Assembly (NCBI GenBank): GCA_031256055.1
Contig: JAIRRI010000199.1
Coordinates: 5,272 to 69,271 of the forward strand
Source of the DNA: Bacteroidales bacterium
GTDB lineage: Bacteria; Bacteroidota; Bacteroidia; Bacteroidales; P3
Length of the DNA: 64,000 nucleotides
Direction of reading: 5' to 3'
Positions 1-10,433 of this stretch are shown in pieces; position 1 is the first letter of the stretch; each line of letters starts with the position of its first letter. A model generated the notes under the pieces. That model saw only the letters and a list, made by a program, of their open reading frames with translations, searched no databases and was not told the origin of the DNA. A program made the position numbers and the translations under genes.

Positions 1-3000
1 GCCAAAATACCTTGCAAAAATCTTGAGCGATCTCTCCATGTTGATTTTGCCAACGAATCGTAATTCGCCAAAACCTCTGCCAAATCAGATGATATAGGAT
101 ATTCGTTTGCAAAATACATTCGCAAATACAGATACTGAATATCATTCGGAGAAAGCGATAGTTTGAAGTTTTTCGAGCCTACAAGTTTCATCGCATCTTG
201 ATACCTCTGAATATGCTGTTCATCACAGAAATTCAAGGCTTTTTGCAACATTTCTTGCAATTCGAAATTATTCCGCTCAATATCTCTTCGGTGCATTTTT
301 TGCAACCCGTGAACAATATATTGCGTATTCCACAAATCTCCTCTACCACCGGGATACCAAGTAAATCCGCCGTTCGGAAGTTGCAGTTCGCGCAAGCGTG
401 TCAATGCATCGCCTTGTAAATTGCGAACATTATTTTCATCGAAAAACAGCGCTATGTTTTGCTTTTGGCGTGCTTCGTTTTCAGCATCCAACACCCAAGG
501 TGTCTCATTCAATAACACTGATTTGAGGTCTTGATTGATTTCCAAATTCGACTTCAAGGTTTCGGAATCTGTCATTTTCCAACGATTGAACACGTCTTTA
601 ATTTCAGGATTTCGGTTCAAAATATCAATCGCCATCGCGTTCGAGAAATATGCACCAAACAACGCAATCGAATTTACGCTGTTCGGCAAACTCAATTCCG
701 GTAAGGCTTGCACGGCAAACCAAATCGGGTTGGAAGCCACTTCCAATACAAGACGATGGTTTGTTAACGTTTTCGAATTCGGTTTTGCTAATTTCGCAAA
801 TGTAAAGGTTCTGTTGGATTTCGGCGCTGCAAACATCGGCATGGTTTCCGTGAGCAATGCACGGTTGCTCAGTACAGGAATCATCTGCACTTCGCCATCG
901 GTGTGGTTTTCCGCCTTTGCCGAGAATGTCAAATTCAGCAAACCGACATGGTTAACTTTATATTGCCAACTTACAGACGTATTTTGCATCGAAGCAATCG
1001 AAAAGTCTTTTAACCACGTATCTTCCGTAGCAATTGGTCTGAATTGGGTAAACACTGTATAAGCAAGGTTGGCTTGTCCCGAAATTGGTTTGTCCGACAA
1101 ATTGATGATTCTTGCTTGAAGATGGATTTGGTCGCCCTCTCTCAAAAATCGTGGCACATTCGGATTTACCATTAACATTTTTTGTGTGATAGCAGACCAT
1201 TCGTCGATACCGATTTTCAAATCTCTGGTATGCGCTAAACCTTGAATTCGCCAGCGTGTCAGCGATTCGGGAACTGTAAATGAAACGGATATTTTTCCGT
1301 TTGCATCACTGCGTAAAAATGGATAGAAAAATGCGGTTTCGTTGAGGTTTGTTCGTGGTGTTAACATGCCTGGAGTCTGCGGTTCAGGCGAAGTTTCGGA
1401 TGTTTCCGAAAAACCCGAATCTTGCATTGTAGTAACAACAGCATCTTCCGCTACCATTTCTGCCGTTATTTCATTGTCTTCTGTCATCATTGCCGAACGC
1501 ATCAATCCTTTCGAAAACGGCGAAAACCTACCACCAAAAAATGGCGGCTCAAAATTAATTCTGTCGTATTGAATTGAAGGTGGTGAAGCCATGAAAAAAT
1601 CTGGAAATTTGAGTTGTTGCGATGATCGCACTCCAAAATTTCTCGGTAGCCAACGCGATGACCCGTGAAAAAATGGATCAAAATTCATGCGCCAATTATT
1701 TCTTTGAAACACATCCAACGAAGCATCATACATGCTTAGCAGCAATTCGCCTTGCAACGGTTTTTTATCGTTCGACAATAAGCGTAAGGTCCAATTTTCT
1801 TGGGTATTCGGCGTCAATTTTTCACGAAATGTTTCAAATGAGATATCAATTTTTCGGTTCGAAAACGGCACAAAAATCACCTCATTTGTAGTGTAAGTTC
1901 GATTATCTTTAACGCTCCAAATCTGTAAACTTAAATTACCGCGATGGTCCTCTTTAATTGGAAATTCAATACGTCTTTGCTCGTTGTTCAACGAAATGAC
2001 GCGTTGTTCAAGCACGCCATTCTTGCTACTAATTTCATAAAAAACGTCTATTTTTGACGCACTTCCGATGATCCAAAATGCAGTCTGCCCGGGTTCAAAC
2101 GTGTTGTTTGGAAAAATGGTATAGTAAAATTTTTCCAATGGGGATCTGTCCGACTTTGGCGAAAAAATCGTGAAAAAATTCACTCCTGTTACTGCATTTC
2201 CAAACACATCTTTCGTTTCGATTACATAATAATATTCGCCGGACTCCCACAGAGGCAAGCCGTCCAGAACTATTTTCGTGTTAAGTTCCGTGTTATATTC
2301 TTTTTCAAAACCAAATTCTTTGTCGCGATTTTCTGGCAAGTTTTCATTACTATACAAATCATTTGGAAAACGCTTTATAAATTCCGTTTTTGACAATTCA
2401 AACATATTCGGCACTTCCCACAATCTGTCGCGAAGTAAACGTCTGTCAGGGAGCAATCGAAATACCTTAATTACGCCTTTTGACGGCATGTTTTCGCCCG
2501 ACAAATTCGTTGATGAAATCTGCAAAACGCTGTCTTTAGTTTTATCTATAAACGGCTTGGTATTCAAACTCACTCTCAATGCTTTTTGTGATACAAAAAT
2601 GCGTTGAACATTCGACCGTGTTTCGCCTGAAACATCGGTTACATCAACGGTTACCGTAAATGTATACGTCGGATTTTGATTTGCCGGAATGCGCCTGTCG
2701 GAATGTGCAATGAACGAAATTTCAAATTGTCCGCTTTCGTCTGTCGTTGCTTCGCCATGTGTAATAACAGTTTCTCCACCTTGTGGACGGAAAAACATCG
2801 TTCTTCGCCACGTTGGAAATTGCGCCGAACGCATCACGGTATATTTTACTGTTGACCCTCCCAAACCTGCACCGGAATACGTGTTTGCAACACCTGTAAC
2901 GGTTAATTCTTGCTCTAATTGATATGCACTTTGTAAGGGATTAAATACTACTTCAAACGATGGCCGCTTGTATTCTTCTACCAAAAACCAACTTGAACCA

Positions 3001-4928
3001 AAGTCATTTCGTAAAAGAAACTGTCCGTTCAAACCTCTGCTTGGCAGCACAAAATGTCCGCTGAAACTACCGAATTCATTGGTGGTTACCTCAACTGCTG
3101 AAACTTCTTTGTGGTTTGCATCAAACAACCTCACGGTGGTTGACATATTAGTTACAATTTTACTTTCATCACCTTGTCGTTCGACTAAAATACCTTTGAA
3201 ATAAACCGTTTGACCGGGGCGATAAATTGCTCTGTCGGTAAATAAAAACAACTGCCTTCGCGCTCGTTCCGGTGTTCTTGCAGCATTGCGCAACCAGTGA
3301 CTTTCGTTTAGCGACAACAACATATCGGATTTATGTTGTAATTCCACTTGGATCGATTGCGATTGTATATCTTGTGGTAACGAATATTCAAATCGTCCGT
3401 TTTTCGGAGTTGTCAACTTCGCCAATTCGGTGATGGTTTCTTGACGGGTTCGCCAATCGAATGTTCTGGAAAACAACCGAATGTTTACACCTGCAAAAGG
3501 CTTTCCTGTTCGACGATTGAGAACAATGCCTTCGAGTTTTTCATCCGTCGAATTGGAAACCAAAGACAACTCGCTAACACCGAAAAACTGTGCTTCTAAG
3601 TCAATTCCGTTCGTTGAAATAACACCATTTGTTGAGGCAAATAACACGTAATATCCCACAGGAAGCGGCTGAAGTGACAATTCTATACGATGGATTTGAA
3701 AATCTCCAGGATTCGGAACTGTGGTTATCCATTGATTGTGAGAAGCACGTCCCGAAGTCAAATTCATGATAAAAAGTTGACGATCCTGTAAAAAATCAGC
3801 ACTTCTCAAATCCTCTTCAGACAAGCGATACAACCAAAAATAAACTTTTTCTGCATTCGCATAGCGCATCAAAAACAAATTGTGCTGATTTGGCAAAATA
3901 AGTTCTTGCATAGTCAACGAAATCGCCGGCAACTGAATTTGCTCCGCCAATGATTTTGCAGCATTTGCGAACGGCGTTTGAGTAAAACGGTTTTGCAAAA
4001 TTTCCGTATAACGCAAGGCTGCTTTTTTATCTAATCGAAAATCTTCTGATACCAGGTTATTGTGACGATTTCCGAGTTCGTTGTGAAATTCCGCCAAAGC
4101 CCAATAAATTTGTGCTGCGAACGTATCTTCAGGATTAGGAAAAAGCAGCACATAAGTTTCAAGTGCTTTTTGATAAAGGCTGTCTACATTTTCAAAAACC
4201 GCTTTTTTTCGAACCCACGCCATACGTTGTAAAGTCAAAGGAACTAAGACATCCCGATTATAGTCTCGAAGATGAAATTGACTCAACAATTGATAGGTTT
4301 TCAAAATTTGATAATCCAACGAAAGCGTGTCAATGCTTGGAATTTTAAGCGTTGCAAAAACACTGGATTGCGAAAAATACTGCTGATTATCCACCAAAAA
4401 TCCGTCTAAGGGTTGAGTGAGTCGCAAATCATCTTGGCTCCACGCGTTAATCGCACGATGTGCCAACAAATCGAACATTGTCGGACGTTGAATTTCGCTT
4501 TCATCATCACCCAATTCCAAAATGGCTTTATAATCCCGAACACGCAGATTTTGCAAGGCTTCGCGAGGTTGCAAAGAGGCTTGATAATAGGCAATCGTTT
4601 GTTGCAAAAGCAAACGCGTATCCCACGTACGAACGTCTGTTAAATCGGGATTTGCTAACGGCGTGCGTTCAAAAATTTCCCAACGATTTTGTTGCAAATA
4701 AGCCATCAAACATTCCGCAATCATCGAATTGACAATCGCTTGTTCAACCGTGTTGAATTTATTGATTTCCGATTGGAACAAGGCGATGGTTCTTACCAAA
4801 GGGTCTTCGTCTCTTTCGGCGATTAGTTTGGCAGATTCGATTAGGTTTACCAAATCTTTTGAGGGTTGTGAGAACGCTAATCCTGCGCTCAGGAAAATGG
4901 TGATTGCGGTGGTGATGATTTTTTTCAT
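1..4928 (-). CDS. alpha-2-macroglobulin family protein (MG2-domain), N-terminal ~1640 aa; 3' end lies beyond the window
   Basis: The minus-strand frame is uninterrupted from the ATG at 4928-4926 to the window edge. It is absent from the ORF track because no stop lies in the window. Hand translation gives the signal peptide MKKIITTTAITIFLSAGLAFSQ and the hallmarks FTDRAIYRPGQTVYFKG and VEEYKRPSFEV. A TED-like LPNGGFTWYPGG lies near the window edge. All listed + strand ORFs here are short shadows. Confidence 0.85.
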   Translation of the reverse strand, partial: MKKIITTAITIFLSAGLAFSQPSKDLVNLIESAKLIAERDEDPLVRTIALFQSEINKFNTVEQAIVNSMIAECLMAYLQQNRWEIFERTPLANPDLTDVRTWDTRLLLQQTIAYYQASLQPREALQNLRVRDYKAILELGDDESEIQRPTMFDLLAHRAINAWSQDDLRLTQPLDGFLVDNQQYFSQSSVFATLKIPSIDTLSLDYQILKTYQLLSQFHLRDYNRDVLVPLTLQRMAWVRKKAVFENVDSLYQKALETYVLLFPNPEDTFAAQIYWALAEFHNELGNRHNNLVSEDFRLDKKAALRYTEILQNRFTQTPFANAAKSLAEQIQLPAISLTMQELILPNQHNLFLMRYANAEKVYFWLYRLSEEDLRSADFLQDRQLFIMNLTSGRASHNQWITTVPNPGDFQIHRIELSLQPLPVGYYVLFASTNGVISTNGIDLEAQFFGVSELSLVSNSTDEKLEGIVLNRRTGKPFAGVNIRLFSRTFDWRTRQETITELAKLTTPKNGRFEYSLPQDIQSQSIQVELQHKSDMLLSLNESHWLRNAARTPERARRQLFLFTDRAIYRPGQTVYFKGILVERQGDESKIVTNMSTTVRLFDANHKEVSAVEVTTNEFGSFSGHFVLPSRGLNGQFLLRNDFGSSWFLVEEYKRPSFEVVFNPLQSAYQLEQELTVTGVANTYSGAGLGGSTVKYTVMRSAQFPTWRRTMFFRPQGGETVITHGEATTDESGQFEISFIAHSDRRIPANQNPTYTFTVTVDVTDVSGETRSNVQRIFVSQKALRVSLNTKPFIDKTKDSVLQISSTNLSGENMPSKGVIKVFRLLPDRRLLRDRLWEVPNMFELSKTEFIKRFPNDLYSNENLPENRDKEFGFEKEYNTELNTKIVLDGLPLWESGEYYYVIETKDVFGNAVTGVNFFTIFSPKSDRSPLEKFYYTIFPNNTFEPGQTAFWIIGSASKIDVFYEISSKNGVLEQRVISLNNEQRRIEFPIKEDHRGNLSLQIWSVKDNRTYTTNEVIFVPFSNRKIDISFETFREKLTPNTQENWTLRLLSNDKKPLQGELLLSMYDASLDVFQRNNWRMNFDPFFHGSSRWLPRNFGVRSSQQLKFPDFFMASPPSIQYDRINFEPPFFGGRFSPFSKGLMRSAMMTEDNEITAEMVAEDAVVTTMQDSGFSETSETSPEPQTPGMLTPRTNLNETAFFYPFLRSDANGKISVSFTVPESLTRWRIQGLAHTRDLKIGIDEWSAITQKMLMVNPNVPRFLREGDQIHLQARIINLSDKPISGQANLAYTVFTQFRPIATEDTWLKDFSIASMQNTSVSWQYKVNHVGLLNLTFSAKAENHTDGEVQMIPVLSNRALLTETMPMFAAPKSNRTFTFAKLAKPNSKTLTNHRLVLEVASNPIWFAVQALPELSLPNSVNSIALFGAYFSNAMAIDILNRNPEIKDVFNRWKMTDSETLKSNLEINQDLKSVLLNETPWVLDAENEARQKQNIALFFDENNVRNLQGDALTRLRELQLPNGGFTWYPGGRGDLWNTQYIVHGLQKMHRRDIERNNFELQEMLQKALNFCDEQHIQRYQDAMKLVGSKNFKLSLSPNDIQYLYLRMYFANEYPISSDLAEVLANYDSLAKSTWRDRSRFLQGIL

Positions 4929-4929
4929 T

Positions 4930-5766
4930 TTATATGGCTTTTAAACTTAAATCTAAACTCTGTATTTGATGGGTTAATGCGCCTACCGAAATATAATCCA
5001 CGCCTGTTTCGGCATATTTGCGAATGGTTTGTTCGGTGATACCTCCAGAGGCTTCGGTTTCGTAACGTCCTGCGATTAGGTCTACGGCTTTTTTCAAATC
5101 CGTTGGTGAAAAATTGTCCAACATAATTCTTTGAATTCCGCCTCTTTCCAATACTTGTGACAATTCATCAAAATTTCGAACTTCAATTTCTATGGCTAAT
5201 TTTTTCTGATTTTTTTGTAGATAATCGTGTGCTGCATTAATGGCTTGCTTGATTCCGCCCGCAAAATCAATGTGGTTGTCTTTGATCATCATCATGTCGT
5301 AAAGTCCGAAACGGTGATTGTCTCCGCCACCGATTTTGACAGCCATTTTTTCGATTAATCGTAGATTTGGCGAGGTTTTTCGGGTGTCTAAAATCTTTGC
5401 TTTTGTGCCGTTTAGCAAATCAACCATGCGTCGGGTTTGCGTGGCAATTCCACTCATGCGTTGCATGAAATTGAGGGCTAAACGTTCGCCTGTTAAAATT
5501 GAACGCGATGAGCCGCTTACTTCAAACGCTACATCTCCTGGTTTAATTCGAGTTCCATCATTCAAAAAAGTTTGAAACTTCAAGGTTGGATCGACTTGAA
5601 AAAACACCTGTTTTGCAACCTCAACGCCTGCTAAAACACCTGCTTCCTTAACTGATAAAATCGCTGAACCTTTTGCCGTTTCAGGAATACAAGCCAATGA
5701 CGTGTGATCGCCATCACCAACATCCTCTTGCAAGGCTTGTGCAATTATTTCGTCAAGCGAATGCAT
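4930..5766 (-). CDS. nadC: nicotinate-nucleotide diphosphorylase (quinolinate phosphoribosyltransferase)
   Basis: The 278-aa ORF has an N-terminus (IAQALQEDVGDGDHTS) and a C-terminal TIM-barrel region (IMLDNF, EASGGIT) typical of NadC. Confidence 0.9.
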   Translation of the reverse strand: MHSLDEIIAQALQEDVGDGDHTSLACIPETAKGSAILSVKEAGVLAGVEVAKQVFFQVDPTLKFQTFLNDGTRIKPGDVAFEVSGSSRSILTGERLALNFMQRMSGIATQTRRMVDLLNGTKAKILDTRKTSPNLRLIEKMAVKIGGGDNHRFGLYDMMMIKDNHIDFAGGIKQAINAAHDYLQKNQKKLAIEIEVRNFDELSQVLERGGIQRIMLDNFSPTDLKKAVDLIAGRYETEASGGITEQTIRKYAETGVDYISVGALTHQIQSLDLSLKAI

Positions 5767-6344
5767 TATTTTTTTCTGCGATTTTTGCTGTAGTCTGCAT
5801 TCATCGCCTCAAGAACGGCTTCGGTAATGTCCATAGATGGCAACGAATAAAGTACGCCGCTCGTACGCGCTTTTGACATGATGATGGAATAATTACCGTT
5901 TTCTTTATTGAATTCCTCAATGAACGAAAACATTTGGTCTTGCACCTCCTGATTTTTTTGTGCACGCGCTTCCATCAACTGTTGCATGTATCGTTGTTCC
6001 AACTGTTGTATTTCTTCCTGACGCTTTTGCAACTGTTCTTCTTTTTTTCTTTGTTCGCTCAACGTCATGGTTGCGCCAACTTTCAAATAATTTTCATAAT
6101 CGGTTTGAAAATTTCTGGCTTGGCGTTGCAAATCTTGTGTAAGTCTTTTTTCAATGGCTTCCAACTCGCTCATCACATCGGCAACCATGTCGTAGTTTTC
6201 GAAAATTACATCGGTGTCAATCATTGCGATCGTAATGCCTTCCACCGAACCTGCTGAAAAAACAGACGTTTCGGATGGTTTGGACTGACAACTCACGGCA
6301 ATTCCGCCGAAAATAAAGGCTGCATAAATTAAGGTTTTTTTCAT
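5766..6344 (-). CDS. OmpH/Skp family periplasmic chaperone
   Basis: 192 aa with a signal peptide and lipobox-like AVSCQ, followed by a long Q/E/K-rich coiled coil as in OmpH family proteins. Confidence 0.7.
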   Translation of the reverse strand: MKKTLIYAAFIFGGIAVSCQSKPSETSVFSAGSVEGITIAMIDTDVIFENYDMVADVMSELEAIEKRLTQDLQRQARNFQTDYENYLKVGATMTLSEQRKKEEQLQKRQEEIQQLEQRYMQQLMEARAQKNQEVQDQMFSFIEEFNKENGNYSIIMSKARTSGVLYSLPSMDITEAVLEAMNADYSKNRRKK

Positions 6345-6423
6345 AATATTTTTTTGTTTTTGTTTTGTAAAATTTTCATAGTTCGACCAGGCTCACTAAC
6401 CACTCATAACTCATCATTCATAA

Positions 6424-8604
6424 CTAAAATCCTACTTCCGTAAGATATTTCAAGCGCACCAAGCGCACTTCCTCCAACGTATATTCATTTTCATCGAGTT
6501 CTTTCAAACACTCTTCCGCACAATCACTTTCGGCTTCCGAAAAATAGTCGTAAATATCCTCAACATGGTATCTATCTAAGCACTCCTTGATGTAATAATT
6601 GATATTAATTTTTGTTCCGCTCGCCACAATACGCTCCATTTCTGTGATTAAATCGTCCATCGTCAAGCCTTTTGCTTTCGCAATATCCTCTAAAGGCAAT
6701 TTTCTGTCTATGTTTTGAATGATGTAAACTTTCAATCCCGATTTATTCACAATGGTTTTCACCACCAAATCTTGTGGACGTTCAATCTCGTTTTCTTCCA
6801 CATAACGCTTGATAATGTTGATAAATGACTGCCCGTATTTTGCTGCTTTCACGGCACCCATACCGGAAATTTGACTCATTTCCTCCATTGTAATCGGATA
6901 TTGCACCGTCATATCAATCAACGATGGCTCAGTCAAAATCGCCCACGAACTTACATTTTGTTTTTTGGCTAAAACTCTCAATTCTTCCTTTAAAAGCAGC
7001 AATAACTGTTCATCGCCTTCTTTTCCGATGAGTGTGATCGGCTCTTCGTCTTCAAAATTTCTATCTTTGGCAATCGTAATCGGATATGGGTTTCCCAAAT
7101 AATTTCGACCTTTTCCCGTCATCTTAACCGTGCCGTAATTCTCCATATCTTTTTCGATCAAATGCTCCATCAAACATTGACGAACTACTGAATTCCAATG
7201 CGAAATATCTTTTTCTTGACCTTGCCCGAACGCCGACAAATCATGGTGTTTGTGATTTTTGATTTGAGCAGTCGTTTGACCGATAATTACATGACAAATG
7301 TGTTTGGTTTTGTAGCCTTGCGTCATTTCTTCCATCGTTTCCAATATGGTCAACACATCTTCCGTAACATCTATTTTTTCCTTCGGATGCAAACAATTGT
7401 CGCAATACCCGCAATGTTTAATTTCGAATACTTCACCAAAATAATGCAAAATATTTTTTCGTCGACACATGCCCGTTTCCGCATACGACACGGTTTCAGC
7501 AATAAGTTGAATGGCTATTTCTTGATCCGCAATTCCTTTTTCTTTGCGAATGAAATTTTCCAACTTCATGATATCTTCATGGTTGAAAAACGCTATGCAA
7601 TGTCCTTCTCCGCCGTCGCGCCCCGCACGACCGGTTTCTTGATAATAACCCTCCAAACTTTTCGGCATGTTGTAATGAATCACAAATCGCACGTCGGGCT
7701 TGTCAATACCCATTCCGAACGCAATCGTCGCTACAATTACATTGACATCTTCATTCAAAAAACGGTCTTGATTTTCGGCTCGGACTTGTTGTTCAAGCCC
7801 CGCATGATAGGGCAAAGCCCTAATCCCGTTGGTTTGCAAAACTTGCGCAAATTCTTCCACACGTTTTCGACTCAAACAATATACAATGCCTGATTTTCCT
7901 GAGTTTTCACGAATATAGCGTACAACATCTTTGTCTATATTTTTCGTTTTCGGACGTACTTCATAATACAAATTCGGACGATTAAACGACGAAATAAACA
8001 CCTGTGCATTCTGCATATTCAAGTTTTTCTGAATATCTTTTTGAACTTTTGGCGTTGCTGTTGCTGTAAGTGCCATTACCGGGACAGTATGTCCAATCTC
8101 ATTAATCAGCGGTCGCAAACGACGATATTCCTGACGAAAATCGTGTCCCCATTCCGAAATACAATGCGCTTCGTCGATGGCATAAAACGAAACTTTTACC
8201 TTGCGAAAAAATACGACATTGTCTTTTTTCGTCAACGATTCGGGCGCTACATAAAGTAATTTGGTTTTTCCTTCCAAAATTTCTTCTTTCACTTTGGCCA
8301 TTTCTATTTTATTCAACGACGAGTTGAGATAATGCGCAACACCAAACTCCGAACCAAAATTTCGCACAGCATCCACTTGATTTTTCATCAACGAAATCAA
8401 TGGCGAAACGATCACCGCCGTTCCGGGCAAAAGCAATGCCGGCAATTGATAGCACAAGGATTTCCCGCCACCGGTAGGCATGATCACAAACGTGTCACGA
8501 CCCGCCAGCAAACTGCTGATCACCTCTTCCTGCGTCCCTTTGAATCGGTCAAATCCAAAAATACGTTTCAACTCCGAGTGTAAAATCTCCGACGAGAATT
8601 CCAT
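6424..8604 (-). CDS. recQ: ATP-dependent DNA helicase RecQ
   Basis: 726 aa with Walker A (MPTGGGKS), DEAH box ([16 protein letters not shown]), RecQ zinc-binding cysteines (CRRK...CGYCDNC) and a C-terminal HRDC-like region. Confidence 0.95.
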   Translation of the reverse strand: MEFSSEILHSELKRIFGFDRFKGTQEEVISSLLAGRDTFVIMPTGGGKSLCYQLPALLLPGTAVIVSPLISLMKNQVDAVRNFGSEFGVAHYLNSSLNKIEMAKVKEEILEGKTKLLYVAPESLTKKDNVVFFRKVKVSFYAIDEAHCISEWGHDFRQEYRRLRPLINEIGHTVPVMALTATATPKVQKDIQKNLNMQNAQVFISSFNRPNLYYEVRPKTKNIDKDVVRYIRENSGKSGIVYCLSRKRVEEFAQVLQTNGIRALPYHAGLEQQVRAENQDRFLNEDVNVIVATIAFGMGIDKPDVRFVIHYNMPKSLEGYYQETGRAGRDGGEGHCIAFFNHEDIMKLENFIRKEKGIADQEIAIQLIAETVSYAETGMCRRKNILHYFGEVFEIKHCGYCDNCLHPKEKIDVTEDVLTILETMEEMTQGYKTKHICHVIIGQTTAQIKNHKHHDLSAFGQGQEKDISHWNSVVRQCLMEHLIEKDMENYGTVKMTGKGRNYLGNPYPITIAKDRNFEDEEPITLIGKEGDEQLLLLLKEELRVLAKKQNVSSWAILTEPSLIDMTVQYPITMEEMSQISGMGAVKAAKYGQSFINIIKRYVEENEIERPQDLVVKTIVNKSGLKVYIIQNIDRKLPLEDIAKAKGLTMDDLITEMERIVASGTKININYYIKECLDRYHVEDIYDYFSEAESDCAEECLKELDENEYTLEEVRLVRLKYLTEVGF

Positions 8605-8621
8605 AATTCTAAAAAAATGCT

Positions 8622-8629
8622 TATCTTTG
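8622..8629 (+). promoter_or_regulatory. Bacteroidota sigma-A -7 box (TATCTTTG) upstream of the kpsF-like gene
   Basis: Exact match to TAnnTTTG, 50 nt upstream of the ATG at 8680. Confidence 0.5.
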
Positions 8630-8679
8630 TGGTTTGATTTCCCAAAGTTAATACTTTTTTTTCAAAAAACCAAATTTCT

Positions 8680-9651
8680 ATGGCAAAAACTCCGGAAAAT
8701 ATTCAAAACATCGCCAAAAAGACCATTCGCAACGAAGCGCAAGCCATTGCTAATCTTGAAAATTTCATTAATTCCGATTTCTCGGATGTGGTGAATTGCA
8801 TTCTCAACATGAAAGGTCGTTTGATTGTGAGTGGCATCGGCAAATCTGCGAATATCGGCACAAAACTTGTTTCCACATTGAATTCAACGGGAACACCTGC
8901 TGTATTTATGCACGCTGCAGACGCTATTCACGGCGATTTGGGCATGATACAGGACGGCGATGTGGTATTGTGTATTTCCAAAAGCGGAAATACGCCCGAA
9001 ATCAAAGTTTTGGTGCCTCTCATCAAAAATTTTGGAAATCCATTAATCGCTTTAGTTGGAAACACGACTTCGTATTTGGCGCAACACGCCGATTTCACAT
9101 TGAATTGTACCGTTGAATGTGAAGCCTGTCCGAATAATCTTGCTCCCACTGCAAGCACCACTGCGCAATTGGTTATGGGCGATGCCTTAGCCGTTGCTTT
9201 GCTTGAATGTCGCGGATTTACGGCTAAAGATTTTGGAAAGTATCACCCTGGCGGAGCGCTCGGAAAACAACTCTATTTGCGCATTTCAGACCTTTCGGCA
9301 AATAACGGAAAGCCGCATGTTTCACCCGAAACTCCATTAAAAGACGTCATTTTGGAAATGACGGGCAAACGCTTGGGGGTTACGGCAGTTGTCGAAAATA
9401 ACAAACTTGTCGGCGTCATCACCGATGGCGATTTGCGCCGACTCTTGCAAAAAAACCAACCGCTCGAACCCATTTTGGCTAAAGATTTTATGGGTGTTTC
9501 ACCGAAAACCATTTTGGATTCCGAAATGGCTGTGAACGCTGTCGAAATCATGCGAAAACACGGCATTTCGCAACTTTTGGTGGTGAATGACGCCAACGAA
9601 TATCATGGCGTAATTCATTTTCATGACTTGTTGAGAGAGGGGATTGTTTAA
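8680..9651 (+). CDS. KpsF/GutQ family arabinose-5-phosphate isomerase (SIS + tandem CBS)
   Basis: 323 aa with the SIS motif (VSGIGKS, ISKSGNT) followed by a CBS pair. Confidence 0.88.
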   Translation: MAKTPENIQNIAKKTIRNEAQAIANLENFINSDFSDVVNCILNMKGRLIVSGIGKSANIGTKLVSTLNSTGTPAVFMHAADAIHGDLGMIQDGDVVLCISKSGNTPEIKVLVPLIKNFGNPLIALVGNTTSYLAQHADFTLNCTVECEACPNNLAPTASTTAQLVMGDALAVALLECRGFTAKDFGKYHPGGALGKQLYLRISDLSANNGKPHVSPETPLKDVILEMTGKRLGVTAVVENNKLVGVITDGDLRRLLQKNQPLEPILAKDFMGVSPKTILDSEMAVNAVEIMRKHGISQLLVVNDANEYHGVIHFHDLLREGIV

Positions 9652-9692
9652 GAGTAAATTCAATAAAATTTTGTGAATTCATTTTTTTTTCG

Positions 9693-9700
9693 TATCTTTG
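9693..9700 (+). promoter_or_regulatory. -7 box (TATCTTTG) upstream of tRNA-Leu
   Basis: TAnnTTTG match 16 nt upstream of the tRNA 5' end. Confidence 0.5.
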
Positions 9701-9715
9701 CACCGCGAAAAAGTT

Positions 9716-9800
9716 GCCTTGGTGGTGGAATTGGTAGACACGCAGGACTTAAAATCCTGTTTCCGTTGAGGAAGTGCGGGTTCAAGTCCCGCCCGAGGTA
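9716..9800 (+). tRNA. tRNA-Leu (anticodon TAA), class II with long variable arm
   Basis: Hand-folded cloverleaf. Acceptor is GCCTTGG/CCGAGGT. The anticodon stem CAGGA/TCCTG carries the loop CTTAAAA. The T arm is GCGGG-TTCAAGT-CCCGC. CCA is not encoded. Confidence 0.9.
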
Positions 9801-9953
9801 CGAAAGGCAGAACGTGAAGTTGGGAAGAAAAATTGCAGGCATGTGAATTTTTGTACAGATAGATTTTTGAGGGGGCGAGAGCCTCTTTTTTGATAATGAT
9901 AAATGGTTAATGATTAATAAAAAATCACCATTAACCATTGACCACTTAAAAAA

Positions 9954-10421
9954 ATGATAAACGAACAACACATACGAACCTTAATCAACGAAAAACTCGC
10001 CAACAGCGACGTGTTTCTGGTGGATTGTCGCGTAAAAACCGACAACAAAATCCGCGTGTTCATTGATAGCGAACGTGGCGTAATGATTGAGGACTGCATT
10101 ACTTTAAGCCGTCATATTGAAGGAAATCTGGATAGAGAACAGGAGGATTTTGCATTGGATGTGTCGTCGGCAGGATTGGATTTGCCGTTGCGAATTCTGC
10201 GTCAATTCAAGAAAAATGTGGGTCGAAACGTGCAAGTGATTATGAATGATGGAACCGAAATCAAAGGCGAATTGATTGAAGCAACTGACGATTATTTTCG
10301 AGTTTTACCCGAAGTCAAAAAAAAGAAAAAAACAACAAAACAAGCGGAACCGGAGCTCACACAGCCTGTTTCCATCAAGTATACCGATCAAAAAGAAACA
10401 AAAATAGTATTAACATTTTAA
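9954..10421 (+). CDS. rimP: ribosome maturation factor RimP
   Basis: 155 aa in the conserved position immediately upstream of nusA-infB, with RimP-like size and sequence. Confidence 0.85.
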   Translation: MINEQHIRTLINEKLANSDVFLVDCRVKTDNKIRVFIDSERGVMIEDCITLSRHIEGNLDREQEDFALDVSSAGLDLPLRILRQFKKNVGRNVQVIMNDGTEIKGELIEATDDYFRVLPEVKKKKKTTKQAEPELTQPVSIKYTDQKETKIVLTF

Positions 10422-10433
10422 AAAGAACTCACC

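Noticed and set aside
198-4944. A dozen short + and - strand ORFs (60-180 aa) listed by the ORF track in the first 5 kb.
   Set aside because: They all lie inside one continuous minus-strand reading frame (the alpha-2-macroglobulin gene) with clear family motifs. They are shadow ORFs.
7198-7893. A 231-aa + strand ORF. Other ORFs above 100 aa lie opposite recQ, parE, glmS, the 2697-aa gene and the 1128-aa gene.
   Set aside because: All lie opposite long genes with strong family signatures, and none has a recognisable motif or a promoter box.
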